Positions 47,460 through 56,956 of a stretch of 64,000 nucleotides of DNA are shown here, piece by piece. The stretch's first letter is position 1, and every line of letters starts with the position of its first letter. The position numbers and the translations under genes were made by a program. Source of the DNA: a virus; the IMG/VR virus record IMGVR_UViG_3300031726_000003, positions 4,480 through 68,479 of that record; one strand, 5' to 3'. The notes below the pieces were generated by a model. The model was not told where the DNA came from, did not search any database, and saw only the letters and a program-made list of their open reading frames with translations.

Positions 47460-48173
47460 TTACTCCTTGTAGTTGTTGTCAGATAAGAACTTCTTCACGT
47501 ACATCTTGATGTCATGCGCTAATGAATGCGGGTATTTCCTGCCATCGTCGGGAATGTTCTCTTCTATCATTTTAAGTTCGTGCAAGATAGCGTTCCAATC
47601 TCGTGAGGCGTCTACCGCCGCATCAACGTCGTTCCATAAGTCTTCGCCCAACCACTCTTCGAATTCCTTACCTGATACTATCGTCTCTAACAGCGTCCAC
47701 AACTGATTATGATCCCACGTGAGTACGTCTCCCCACGTTGTCCAGTCCGCGTCATAGAAGCTGATGAACCCACTGCGACTTGTGAACTGCTTCTTACACA
47801 CCTCAGTGAGTGCGTCCTTGTTCACGTAGTTGAACAACCTTAGTACGTCATCGTCGGGGATATCGGCAAAGATGCGGTCTGTCTGGAAGTTGTACTCTTT
47901 TGGGGACGACATGTCCTTGAACATCAGGAACAGGAATAACTTGTGCTCACGTATCAAGTAATCTCTCAGTTCATTTACATACAGTTCCGAGATTTTGAGC
48001 ATAGCGTTGTGATAGTCTGTGTGCTTGAGCAATAGCTCATCAAGTCGTACGTCCTCCGGCAGGTCAGGGTGCTCCTCGGTTAGGTACGATACCGTGCTCT
48101 CGTCGCAGTGGTCCATATTGTCTGACCAGATCGAACAATAGAATCCGCTAAATGGTACTCTTATTTCAGGCAT
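47460..48173 (-). CDS. Acidic hypothetical protein
   Basis: PFSGFYCS, SPKEYNFQTDRI, FTSRSGFISFY motifs; GGAGG RBS. Confidence 0.7.
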   Translation of the reverse strand: MPEIRVPFSGFYCSIWSDNMDHCDESTVSYLTEEHPDLPEDVRLDELLLKHTDYHNAMLKISELYVNELRDYLIREHKLFLFLMFKDMSSPKEYNFQTDRIFADIPDDDVLRLFNYVNKDALTEVCKKQFTSRSGFISFYDADWTTWGDVLTWDHNQLWTLLETIVSGKEFEEWLGEDLWNDVDAAVDASRDWNAILHELKMIEENIPDDGRKYPHSLAHDIKMYVKKFLSDNNYKE

Positions 48174-48403
48174 GCTCGCCTCCATTCTTCCCACTCGAGT
48201 AGGTCTTCGCTCGTTGGTATGTTCATCAGGAAACACAATTGATGCACCATTAGTTTCAGTGCTGGGTCTGTCAGATACATATGGGTCGATGTGTTCCCCT
48301 CGGCGGTGATCTCGTTCTCCGCTTGCAGCATCGCTCGAAGAATGGCTCTTGGGTTGCTTGCTCCATCAGAGATGATTATGGCGTTTTCATTTCGCTTACT
48401 CAT
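48161..48403 (-). CDS. Hypothetical protein
   Basis: 80-aa ORF in a coupled operon. Confidence 0.6.
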   Translation of the reverse strand: MSKRNENAIIISDGASNPRAILRAMLQAENEITAEGNTSTHMYLTDPALKLMVHQLCFLMNIPTSEDLLEWEEWRRACLK

Positions 48404-48587
48404 ATATTGCCTTTCGTATGTCCCGCATGGCGCGCTTCGGGCCGTTGCGATCGCTGGGGGTCTGAGACATGGAGATCATAGTGACTCCGCGCTTGAGTAC
48501 AATATGGTTGTTTGATCGCGATATTTCAAAGCCGTTTTCTTTGGCATACTTCAACGCCTCGCGTACATCCTTGTTCGCGCCTCTCAT
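48396..48587 (-). CDS. HicA-like dsRBD-fold protein
   Basis: 63 aa, basic; GFEISRSNNHIVL with His, TPSD motif. Confidence 0.6.
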   Translation of the reverse strand: MRGANKDVREALKYAKENGFEISRSNNHIVLKRGVTMISMSQTPSDRNGPKRAMRDIRKAIYE

Positions 48588-48829
48588 GAATGGAACTCCA
48601 CATCTAGCTGGTCGGGGGTACGAAGGATGGCGCCTACAGTCAGCTTTCCACCTCCGACATACTCGTATACCAGCAACCACTCCATCCAGCCTTTGTCAGG
48701 TTCATCACTGTGGCCGGGGTAGACAGTTACGGAATCTACTCTTCCGCTGTTGTTCTGCCAGCCTATGTGACTCCCAACGGCTGCAGCCATCCGCTCTGCT
48801 TGAGTCTCAGGTAACTGTATGTTTTTCAT
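48584..48829 (-). CDS. Hypothetical protein
   Basis: 81-aa ORF with ATGA overlaps on both sides. Confidence 0.6.
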   Translation of the reverse strand: MKNIQLPETQAERMAAAVGSHIGWQNNSGRVDSVTVYPGHSDEPDKGWMEWLLVYEYVGGGKLTVGAILRTPDQLDVEFHS

Positions 48830-49461
48830 GCTATTTCCCCGTTTTCAGTGAACTCATACCCGTTGATAATAAGAAGCTCGTCTACTTGTTCATCCTCGTG
48901 CCGCCACGTGTACTCTTCATACAGACGGTCATATATCCAGTCGGCGAAGTTACGAAGCAGCTCTGTAACTTCGTCCTCGGCTTCCGGTGTGCATGGGATG
49001 TTGTAGGCTGAGCTTTCCACGCTTACATCCATGCAGTATGAATGATAGTAATGCCCACGATGTCTTGTACGCGCTTCCAGCTTGTAGAAGAACCGACGTT
49101 GGATGTCCTGTAGCCCTTTCACGATTCTGTGCAGGCGTGTGTCTGTCGGGACGTATTTCTTTACTTGCGCCAATGCGCCCTTCTTATATCGGTATGTGCC
49201 TTCAAAACATGCACCGTCGCCCTGACTCCAGAACCCGCTGTAATAAATACACGGGTCGTAGCGGACAGATTTATCCAATGTCCGTACCAAGCGGGTACGG
49301 ATGTCGAGGCCGAACAGGTCTGCGATCGTAGCAGCGTCCTCGTATACAAATTCTGTATCGTAGCCGTCATCTGGTATCGAGTTCCACCACTCGCGTGCGG
49401 TCTGCTTCGCGGTGTCGCTCAACTCCCTAAATGTATAGACCTTGGTCTCGATGACTCTCAT
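48826..49461 (-). CDS. Conserved phage/plasmid protein (family often labelled 'antitoxin of TA stability system')
   Basis: VYTFRELSDTAKQTAREWW, YSGFWSQGDGACF, NGYEFTENG motifs. Confidence 0.7.
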   Translation of the reverse strand: MRVIETKVYTFRELSDTAKQTAREWWNSIPDDGYDTEFVYEDAATIADLFGLDIRTRLVRTLDKSVRYDPCIYYSGFWSQGDGACFEGTYRYKKGALAQVKKYVPTDTRLHRIVKGLQDIQRRFFYKLEARTRHRGHYYHSYCMDVSVESSAYNIPCTPEAEDEVTELLRNFADWIYDRLYEEYTWRHEDEQVDELLIINGYEFTENGEIA

Positions 49462-49468
49462 GGTGCAC

Positions 49469-49957
49469 TCATGCTTTCTCCTTGATTGAATAAGTGTTGC
49501 CGTCGAATGTGACTTCACCCCGGTGCCAGAACGTGAACAGATGGTCTTCGTATTTCCGGCCAAGCTCGTTCAGCGTACGCGGACTATTGCGCAGCATAGC
49601 GAATATAGTGCTTCGCGCTGTATCCCCTATACGGGAGAGCCTGCTGCCGGGTGGGGTTATAGATACTGCTTCCACCACCTTCGGTGGGAGCACTGCCGTA
49701 GGAGTGCTTTCAGGAATGTCCGAAGAAGGTGGTGGAGCAGTAACCTGTGCTACGAGGGTGGTGATCCCGTTGATAGGGTTGATCCCCCACTCACGAGCGA
49801 TAGCGACCACATCGCGGCGGTCTGCAGTTTTACGTTCGTTGATGCTGTGTACGCACGCCAAGAGTTCACTATCTGAGGCTTCTCGGTCTATGAACTCGAT
49901 CATCCGTCTCTTTATATTTTCATGCATGATGGTCCTTTCAGACGTGATTTGAGGCAC
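49469..49957 (-). CDS. Hypothetical protein
   Basis: ORF fills the gap in the operon; start uncertain. Confidence 0.55.
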   Translation of the reverse strand: MPQITSERTIMHENIKRRMIEFIDREASDSELLACVHSINERKTADRRDVVAIAREWGINPINGITTLVAQVTAPPPSSDIPESTPTAVLPPKVVEAVSITPPGSRLSRIGDTARSTIFAMLRNSPRTLNELGRKYEDHLFTFWHRGEVTFDGNTYSIKEKA

Positions 49958-49969
49958 TCTTGATTTCTG

Positions 49970-50386
49970 CTACTGTTTAACGGGGCCGTCTGTGAATCGT
50001 ATGATGTACTCGGCTAGTTCTTTCCGAGTCATGGTGCGTTCGAGAATTTCTGTTGTGGTGAATGATTTCCCCCACTCCAGCTTCTCAAGAAGTACACCAC
50101 CTTTGGAATGCCCCAATACTACTGCGACGTTGCGTCCTTCGTAATATCGGCGTCCTAGCCACAGTGTCTGAAGTTCAGACAAGTTCACATGTACCTTTGT
50201 ATGCTCGCGTATGGGCAGCGCCGGCACATACTTGTACTCTACCCACAAGTCTGCTCTCTTGCCTGAATACCAGCAGTCGGGGATACCTCCGACGAGGGGC
50301 ATGTTTATTTTCAGATGGTACAGCCCCGACTGCAGCATGTGCTTATGCACGCCAGCGATGAACGTGTTCTCTGGTTTAGAGGCCAT
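49970..50386 (-). CDS. PD-(D/E)xK nuclease, Holliday-junction resolvase / VRR-NUC-like
   Basis: GIPDCWY...WVEYK...LSELQTLW. Confidence 0.78.
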   Translation of the reverse strand: MASKPENTFIAGVHKHMLQSGLYHLKINMPLVGGIPDCWYSGKRADLWVEYKYVPALPIREHTKVHVNLSELQTLWLGRRYYEGRNVAVVLGHSKGGVLLEKLEWGKSFTTTEILERTMTRKELAEYIIRFTDGPVKQ

Positions 50387-50648
50387 GATCTTCGAGGGTG
50401 TTGACCACAAGTTGAGCGTACCCTGCGATGTCTGTCCACGAGTCTTTATAGTGTGGGTCACCGTTAAGTATGCGCCCTATCTTGTGAGCGATCATCTCAA
50501 GCGCTTCCTTTTGAGAGCACCACAGGCTGTCCCATTTTGCACTATCCTGCATGACCCGTTTCAAGTCTTGCGTGATCTGTGCATGGCTTACGAACGAGCC
50601 ATACCGAGTTCCACGCTCTGCTAGTACGTTGCTGATGCTATCTGCCAT
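50376..50648 (-). CDS. DUF6378-like protein
   Basis: LAERGTRYGSF...KIGRILNGDPHYKDSWTDIAGYA. Confidence 0.8.
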   Translation of the reverse strand: MADSISNVLAERGTRYGSFVSHAQITQDLKRVMQDSAKWDSLWCSQKEALEMIAHKIGRILNGDPHYKDSWTDIAGYAQLVVNTLEDHGL

Positions 50649-50719
50649 TGTAGCTTCTCCGCTGTACTCTTCATGAATGAGGGTGCCCCCGATTATAACG
50701 TCCGGGGGTGTGACGTTTA

Positions 50720-51010
50720 TTACTTTGGGCCGAGAATTGCAGCCAGCTCTGCTTCAAGCTTGGCTACGGACTTACCATGAGCGAGCCGCTCTTTTGTGAA
50801 GCCTTGGCTCACAGCGTTGAACGCCTTGACTGCGGCTTTCTCTACTGCGGCGACGGACTTCCGCTCGGCTTCGAACGCCTTGACTGCGGTCTTTTCTCCG
50901 GCCAGTACCAACTTGAGTGCATCCTTCGATGCCTTCAGATCGGCGCGGATGCCGGTGATAACAGCCTTCTTATCGGCTGCAGACAATACTGCACTTTTTG
51001 CACGGGCCAT
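50720..51010 (-). CDS. Ala/Lys-rich coiled-coil protein with an internal duplication
   Basis: EKTAVKAF / EKAAVKAF repeat; AGGAG RBS. Confidence 0.7.
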   Translation of the reverse strand: MARAKSAVLSAADKKAVITGIRADLKASKDALKLVLAGEKTAVKAFEAERKSVAAVEKAAVKAFNAVSQGFTKERLAHGKSVAKLEAELAAILGPK

Positions 51011-51035
51011 ACTATAACTCCTTGTTTGTTAAGCG

Positions 51036-51068
51036 AAAGTAAAGTAGGGGCTGATTACGCGCAGCCCC
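51036..51068 (-). terminator. Putative terminator after the SSB-like gene
   Basis: GGGGGCTG/CAGCCCCC stem followed on the minus strand by TACTTTACTTT. Confidence 0.55.
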
Positions 51069-51093
51069 CGACGCGCTTCCGCTAGGTACCTAT

Positions 51094-51891
51094 CTATCGG
51101 CGACCACGAGCAGCCGGTTTCTTAGGCCGCTCTACCACTTCCTCATCCGAGGCTACCTGCGGCTCGACTTGCAGCATACGGCGAGCCTCTTCCAGCTTCG
51201 ACTGGGCTTCGAGGATCAATCCGTTGTCTGCCGCTCCAAGACACGAGAATCGCATCGTGGGGTAGTCGGATGCTGAATCGAACGTAATACGGGTGAGAAC
51301 GCCACGCAGCGGACGGTTGAACGTCGATGCGATCTCGTTAACGTAGTTGTCAAACCACGTTGGTTCACCTGAGCGTACTTTCGATGCTGCTGGTTTCTGG
51401 ATGGCGGTCTTGCTGACCTTGAGCAGATACAGCCTGCTCTCACCGGTCTTCGGATCGACTTCCATTACTACCAGATTGCGATTGTCATCGCATGCCTTAC
51501 CACCACGACCATTGGGGTGAGTCCCCCATACCTTGTTAGGGCATGAAACGCATTCTTCTGCGCACGGTTCTGGTACAGCCTTGCTTGGCTTCAGGTCGGC
51601 GACATCGAACCCCAACGCAAAACATGCGGGGCTGGTGTTGGCGCCTTCTTGATAGGCTGTGGTGTAATAATTATTCGCACAGATGAAGTCCACGACAATG
51701 GCCTCCAGTTGTGGGAACGTGCGGCCATCGGGCAATATGAACTGCTTGCCCTGTACCTTGATCCACTGCCCAGAGGGTTGATGGATGCGCTTCGAGACTC
51801 CAGCTACTTCGGCGGCAAACATTTGGTTGATGTCTACCGGCAATGCGGCCTTCGCTTTGGTTACTACTTGGGTTTTAGGCTGTTGAGCCAT
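51094..51891 (-). CDS. Putative ssDNA-binding / annealing protein
   Basis: SPACFA, CVSCP, GKAC motifs, VLTRITFD, charged tail; next to the polymerase. Confidence 0.6.
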   Translation of the reverse strand: MAQQPKTQVVTKAKAALPVDINQMFAAEVAGVSKRIHQPSGQWIKVQGKQFILPDGRTFPQLEAIVVDFICANNYYTTAYQEGANTSPACFALGFDVADLKPSKAVPEPCAEECVSCPNKVWGTHPNGRGGKACDDNRNLVVMEVDPKTGESRLYLLKVSKTAIQKPAASKVRSGEPTWFDNYVNEIASTFNRPLRGVLTRITFDSASDYPTMRFSCLGAADNGLILEAQSKLEEARRMLQVEPQVASDEEVVERPKKPAARGRR

Positions 51892-51931
51892 GACTGCTCC
51901 TTTCGTCATGTGAGAGAAACTACTACTGCTA

Positions 51932-52384
51932 CTACTTTTGCAACACACGCAAGTTGATGGTTTTCACCTCGCGTGATTTCAACCCCGGCGGTATTACTCC
52001 TTTAAGTTCGCAGAGTTCACGAACTCCGGGGTCTGAGACACGGCGCTGCACCAAGTCCCACCGTTTCAGGCGGGCGATGTAGGCCATGAATTTGGGCCAG
52101 CCATCTTCACCGTCTGTGTCGGCGGTGAACGGGCTGAAGCATGTATTGATACTGATTGACGCGGTGTAGTTGTTGTTCGAGCCAAGTCGCTGGTCTTGTG
52201 TCTCGAGCAGGGTGATGAGTAGAGCTTCTGCGGTATCGTAATCAGCGACTAGTTCCTTGTCTCGAGCTTTCAGGACACGGCGTTCGTCACGGATGGCAGC
52301 TAGATTATCTATTAGCAGGCCGATGGATAGTGTGGGAGGCGTTTTCGACGTTTTCGACGTCTTCTTGGCGGGCGTTGTGCTCAT
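51932..52384 (-). CDS. Replication-module hypothetical protein
   Basis: Coiled coil plus WDLVQRRVS...PPGL motif. Confidence 0.65.
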   Translation of the reverse strand: MSTTPAKKTSKTSKTPPTLSIGLLIDNLAAIRDERRVLKARDKELVADYDTAEALLITLLETQDQRLGSNNNYTASISINTCFSPFTADTDGEDGWPKFMAYIARLKRWDLVQRRVSDPGVRELCELKGVIPPGLKSREVKTINLRVLQK

Positions 52385-52410
52385 TGTGCTCTTTCTAAAT
52401 TCAGGGTTAA

Positions 52411-52438
52411 ATTATAGCATAGCTACTTGGAATAACAA
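52411..52438 (-). promoter_or_regulatory. Putative sigma70 promoter
   Basis: On the minus strand: TTGTTA, 16 nt, TATAAT with extended -10 TG. Confidence 0.6.
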
Positions 52439-54291
52439 GTATCCCAGCCACCTTCTGCGTCGAGGGGGATGTCGCTACACCACTCAGGTGGCGTTCTCAT
52501 CAGGCGTAACATCTCGTTCAACACCTTCTGCGCCATCTTGTCAGGGACGCACACTACAACTTCATCGTGTGTGGTCATCACTACTTTTGCTATTTGCGCC
52601 TTGGTCAGTTTCAATGTGCGCAGGTATTCCTGTATACACATCATCTGCTCGATTATTATGATGCGGGCTAATGCCTGCACCAAATTTTCAATTATTTTTC
52701 CGCCGTATAACTTGCGTCTTCCCCGCAGGGTGTTATACGTCAGGTCACCTTCTTCGCTGATAGCGAGTTGTGGGTAATGAATCGGCATGCCGTTCGGTAA
52801 CCACACAGATGTCTCGTCGTGGATGATCAGGTTGTTATAGGCGGTGCCTTCGTTCCCTGCTTTCATCTGTCTCAGCATGCGCTCACCTTCGCGCCATCCA
52901 TCCACAATGGGCTTGTTGACGTTGCGGTATAGATTCACGATCCGTTTGCACTCCGTAAGCGGAAGATCAATCGGCGGGCCGACCATGCCGAGGGCAAGGG
53001 TGGTCTGAAACTTTTTATGCCCCATGCCGTATCCAAGACCGAGCGTCGATATCTTTCCGATGAAGCGTTCATCCTTGGTTATATCTGCCGGGTCTTTGTT
53101 ATATATCGCGCCGGCCATATAGCGGTATACGTCCTGCTTCTTTCTGAACAGATCGAGTAGTGCACCATGTCCTGCTATCCATGCATTCACTCTGGCCTCG
53201 ATCTGTGCTGAGTCGCATACTACGAGCACATGCTTCTTCGGGGCGATGATGGCGCGCCTTAGTGAATCACTAGGCTTGGGGTTGTATGGATCGACACGAG
53301 GCAAGTTCTGAAGGTTGAGTTTATTTGTGCCTCCGAACCTGTGTGTGAGAGCCGCAGAGTATGTGTAGCCTACTGGTAGATTCTGTCCGTTCTCACCTGC
53401 TTTTAGCAGTCGGTAAGCACGCATCTCTGCTTGATTGGTCTTGGCAGCGAGGCGTCCTCGTACGAGCAACGCTACACGGATGTCTTCGTCATACTGAAGC
53501 TCAGTAAACTCTTCGTCAGTCTGGCTGAACGCGTATGCGATCTTGCCTGTCTTTGGGCTGATCTTGGTTGGGACGTCGATGTACTGGCCGAGTATTTCTG
53601 CGAGGCGTTTGTCGGATCGTAACTCTTCTTCTGTGGCTCCTGATTTTAATATCTCGGATCGATTAGCCATTATCTCGTCGGCCAGTCCTTGACGTGCAAG
53701 TGTGTCGTCTACCAGAAGCGGACTATCGCAGAACATGCGGATTACAAGGTCGATAACTTCCAGCTCGCGGACAGGAAAACAGTCGCGTTGAATCTTGTAG
53801 ATTCCAAAGCACTGTTCTGCGTCTTCCATATTGTACGTTTCAAACGCTGCTCTCCACTCGTCTGGAATACGCTCGCATCCTTTTGTAGATTGGAGACTAT
53901 GGTCGTTCTTATTGCCTACACCATAAAGAGGGGCAAGAACCTTGAGGCTGTTGCGTATAACGCCGTTATGAAGCCCTGCAGCCATTGATTTTGTGTCAAA
54001 GTAAAAGCATGGAATAATGTCATAGCAATGAGCCATGATAAAACCATCGAATGCAGTGTTTTGCGCCAGTAGTCCATGAGTTGTCCAGTCCAGTTTTCTG
54101 AGTGCGTTGCCTACTTCGTCGTGCCCCCATACTACTTTGGTTTTACCATTGCCTATCTTGATGGCAGCACAGTGAACTCTGAATCGTGGGTCACGGACAT
54201 ACTCGCTCGTGGATAACTTGCTGAGTGTGAACTCTGTATCCCAGAATGTTTCAAAGTCTACTGTGATCGTCTTGGCTATCGTTGGAATCAT
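52423..54291 (-). CDS. DNA polymerase family A with 3'-5' exonuclease
   Basis: ExoI VDFET, NLQNLP, motif A DSAQIEAR, motif B RFIGKISTLGLGYG, motif C HDE. Confidence 0.96.
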   Translation of the reverse strand: MIPTIAKTITVDFETFWDTEFTLSKLSTSEYVRDPRFRVHCAAIKIGNGKTKVVWGHDEVGNALRKLDWTTHGLLAQNTAFDGFIMAHCYDIIPCFYFDTKSMAAGLHNGVIRNSLKVLAPLYGVGNKNDHSLQSTKGCERIPDEWRAAFETYNMEDAEQCFGIYKIQRDCFPVRELEVIDLVIRMFCDSPLLVDDTLARQGLADEIMANRSEILKSGATEEELRSDKRLAEILGQYIDVPTKISPKTGKIAYAFSQTDEEFTELQYDEDIRVALLVRGRLAAKTNQAEMRAYRLLKAGENGQNLPVGYTYSAALTHRFGGTNKLNLQNLPRVDPYNPKPSDSLRRAIIAPKKHVLVVCDSAQIEARVNAWIAGHGALLDLFRKKQDVYRYMAGAIYNKDPADITKDERFIGKISTLGLGYGMGHKKFQTTLALGMVGPPIDLPLTECKRIVNLYRNVNKPIVDGWREGERMLRQMKAGNEGTAYNNLIIHDETSVWLPNGMPIHYPQLAISEEGDLTYNTLRGRRKLYGGKIIENLVQALARIIIIEQMMCIQEYLRTLKLTKAQIAKVVMTTHDEVVVCVPDKMAQKVLNEMLRLMRTPPEWCSDIPLDAEGGWDTCYSK

Positions 54292-54439
54292 GAAGTGCTC
54301 CGTTGTTGTATCCGGTTATATAGCCGCTTCGTACTGCGCACCAGATAATGCTCTGTTCTATATCTGTTAATGGGGTGGTTTCAAGCAGCGTTGTCAGGTA
54401 TTCTGAAGCGTAGTTGTTAGCGGCGAATTCTTTTGACAT
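54251..54439 (-). CDS. Small hypothetical protein
   Basis: 62-aa ORF between helicase and polymerase. Confidence 0.5.
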   Translation of the reverse strand: MSKEFAANNYASEYLTTLLETTPLTDIEQSIIWCAVRSGYITGYNNGALHDSNDSQDDHSRL

Positions 54440-54457
54440 GACTGGTTTCTTTTACGG

Positions 54458-55840
54458 TTAATAGTGTTTTGGTTTATGAAACGAGTCTTTCAGGTACGCC
54501 AGCATGCCCGACATCTTCACATCTTTTTCCAACAAGGACTTGTATACAGCGGTCTCTATGGTGTCCGGGGCTACGATCACGATGTTCTCAGTGCGCTGTT
54601 TCTGCCCTATACGATAGATGCGTCGAGACCCTTGAATGAAGTGTTCAAGGTTCGCTGTCGGGCTTGCCCAGATCGTTGCTGTACTCTTTGTGAGTGTGAG
54701 TCCGTGGCCTGCACTTTGTGGATGAGCGAAGAGCACACGATAAACACCTCCTTGATATTGGTCGACGATATGTGAGCGGGCTGCATCTGACGTTTCTCCG
54801 TCGAATACTGCATAACTGAGCTTTCGTTGGTTGGCTAGTGTCACAAGTTGATCCTTCTGATGCTGCCAATTGAAGAATACTATTGAGTGCGGGCGCGCTT
54901 CAACGAGATCAAGTACCAGCTCATAACGATCAGAGTCGATAACGGTATAATCGCCAGCGCTGCTATACACAGCGCCCGACGATAGTTGAAGGAGTTTTCC
55001 GTATAAGACTGCTGCGTTGACTGCGTTGATAATCTTTTCCGACGATAGAATGAGCACACTGTCTTTTTCCAATTGAATATATTTATCCATGTGTTTCTTG
55101 TTGAGTGTGAACTCTAATGGATATTGGTTGTTCTTTGGAATGTCCACACATTCCTCGAATTTATGCCTGATTGTAATGTCTTTCAGTAACTCGGCCACAA
55201 TGGGTTCTGCACTTACTTTGTCAGTCCACTTCACAAATGAAGTGGCGCCAAAGCCGCCTTGTTGTGGCACGCACACTGCAGCTCTGAATGCAAAGAACGA
55301 TGTGCCCAGCCGTTTACCATCATCCAGTATATTTACCTGATGCCATATATCCGTAATCCCGTTGGATGTTGGCGTTGCACTAAGTGTAGCGCGATACCTG
55401 AAATACTTTTTGATCTTCGCTATTGACTTGCTACGCCCAGATGTATGGTGCTTGAACGCAGTTGATTCATCTATGATCAACGTGTCAAACTTCTTCCAGA
55501 ATGCCGGTGGCAATTTGGTAAGTACATTTACAGCGTCGTGGTTTGTTATCAGAACGTCTACATCTTTGGATAGTGCTTGTTTTCTGTTCGATGCATATGC
55601 AATAGATGTTGTGAGTTGAGGAGCAAATTTTACAATGTCCTTTTCCCACGCATTAGCCAGTAAAGAACGAGGGGCAAGGACTAAGGCTTTTCCTCCACGC
55701 TTCTCACGTCGTTTTGCGAACGCGGTAATATGAACGCCAGTCTTACCAGTGCCAGCATCGCTCATGTCGAACACAATCGGGGATGTACTAATGAATCTTA
55801 CAGAGTCCTGCTGGTGTTCGAACAATTTGAGTTTTGTCAT
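54458..55840 (-). CDS. SNF2-like SF2 helicase
   Basis: DAGTGKT, IIDEST, SATP, SAGHGLTL, RIYRIGQ. Confidence 0.92.
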   Translation of the reverse strand: MTKLKLFEHQQDSVRFISTSPIVFDMSDAGTGKTGVHITAFAKRREKRGGKALVLAPRSLLANAWEKDIVKFAPQLTTSIAYASNRKQALSKDVDVLITNHDAVNVLTKLPPAFWKKFDTLIIDESTAFKHHTSGRSKSIAKIKKYFRYRATLSATPTSNGITDIWHQVNILDDGKRLGTSFFAFRAAVCVPQQGGFGATSFVKWTDKVSAEPIVAELLKDITIRHKFEECVDIPKNNQYPLEFTLNKKHMDKYIQLEKDSVLILSSEKIINAVNAAVLYGKLLQLSSGAVYSSAGDYTVIDSDRYELVLDLVEARPHSIVFFNWQHQKDQLVTLANQRKLSYAVFDGETSDAARSHIVDQYQGGVYRVLFAHPQSAGHGLTLTKSTATIWASPTANLEHFIQGSRRIYRIGQKQRTENIVIVAPDTIETAVYKSLLEKDVKMSGMLAYLKDSFHKPKHY

Positions 55841-56010
55841 TCCTCACTCGCTTTACTTTCAGTTACCTGTTCAATATGAAACCTGTCCCAGTTTTCCGGC
55901 TTTATGCCTTCTATCGCCTTGTCGTAGGCAAGATGTTTTGATTCAGCGGTGATGTTCTCCGCGCGTATGCACTCGCCCTTGTAGAACCACTGTAGTTGGT
56001 ATTCGTTCAT
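55837..56010 (-). CDS. Small hypothetical protein (57 aa)
   Basis: Manual translation MNEYQLQWFYKGE...; ATGA overlaps on both sides. Confidence 0.55.
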   Translation of the reverse strand: MNEYQLQWFYKGECIRAENITAESKHLAYDKAIEGIKPENWDRFHIEQVTESKASEE

Positions 56011-56183
56011 CTCAACTCCTCCGGTATCTCTACTTCATCAACAATCTCACGGAGCATGTCGCGGAGGGATTCTATTTCATCTGCTGCCCTAACATCTAAG
56101 GGCGTTGGATTAATCCAATACTCAGGCTCATATGGAGCACTGACTTTAATTTTTTCCCGTAACAGATCAACAATGTCAGTCAT
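56007..56183 (-). CDS. Small hypothetical protein (58 aa)
   Basis: MTDIVDLLR...RAADEIESLR...DEVEIPEELR; starts at a junction motif. Confidence 0.6.
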   Translation of the reverse strand: MTDIVDLLREKIKVSAPYEPEYWINPTPLDVRAADEIESLRDMLREIVDEVEIPEELR

Positions 56184-56202
56184 TTCTCACTCTCCTCTGC
56201 CA

Positions 56203-56385
56203 TCATTGTTCCTTTATCAGCGAGAGTATTTCATCGTGACAGTCGTTCACATCGGCGTTGGCTGAAAGCTCCATTAACTTATCAGCCGCTTCCAACAGCG
56301 CAGCCTTCCGGCTGTAGTTCCATGCACGTTCGCAAGATTCATATTCTCCACCGCCAGCAACTTCCCACCACTCATCGAATGTCAT
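56203..56385 (-). CDS. MTFDEWW-family small protein, copy 1
   Basis: First 27 aa identical to 56717-56953. Confidence 0.65.
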   Translation of the reverse strand: MTFDEWWEVAGGGEYESCERAWNYSRKAALLEAADKLMELSANADVNDCHDEILSLIKEQ

Positions 56386-56956
56386 TTCAGCCCCTCGTCA
56401 ATCCAGCTATCTAAATACTCAATCCAGTATCTAAAAACAACAAAGAAAAGCGCCGGAATCATTACGAAGAACGACGCGAAAACGATTGCTACTTTTTGCT
56501 TATTCATTTCTTACCTCCATAGAACATGATGAGGCACACTGTCCGGTCATTTATCTCTCCAGTTCACAACATCCATCCATGCCTGCCGGAAGCCCTTGAA
56601 TGTCAGGTTAATCCGCATCTTCAGATGGTTCTTAGGGATAGATACCATCCGCTTGCTACGCTTGTTCATCACGGAGAGGTCGGATATTGCAGTCTTTCGC
56701 ATAGAGCATCGATATCTCATTCCCCTAGTACCTCCTTGGTCAACTGTTCAACGATAGTGGTCAAGTTCTCATGCAGCCAATCCGGCATCTGTTTATCCAT
56801 TGAAAAAGACCATGATTCAAGGGCAGCTAACAGTTTTAGTATTTCAAGGTGGTCTTCTTTATTCATTGAGCCCTTACGGCTGTAGTTCCATGCACGTTCG
56901 CAAGATTCATATTCTCCACCGCCAGCAACTTCCCACCACTCATCGAATGTCATTTC
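56309..56956. repeat. Exact 80-nt direct repeat (56309-56388 and 56877-56956)
   Basis: Base-by-base identity; a 24-nt part recurs at 57651-57674. Confidence 0.95.
56717..56953 (-). CDS. MTFDEWW-family small protein, copy 2 (chimeric C-terminus)
   Basis: Shared N-terminus fused to an unrelated MNKEDHLEIL segment. Confidence 0.6.
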   Translation of the reverse strand: MTFDEWWEVAGGGEYESCERAWNYSRKGSMNKEDHLEILKLLAALESWSFSMDKQMPDWLHENLTTIVEQLTKEVLGE

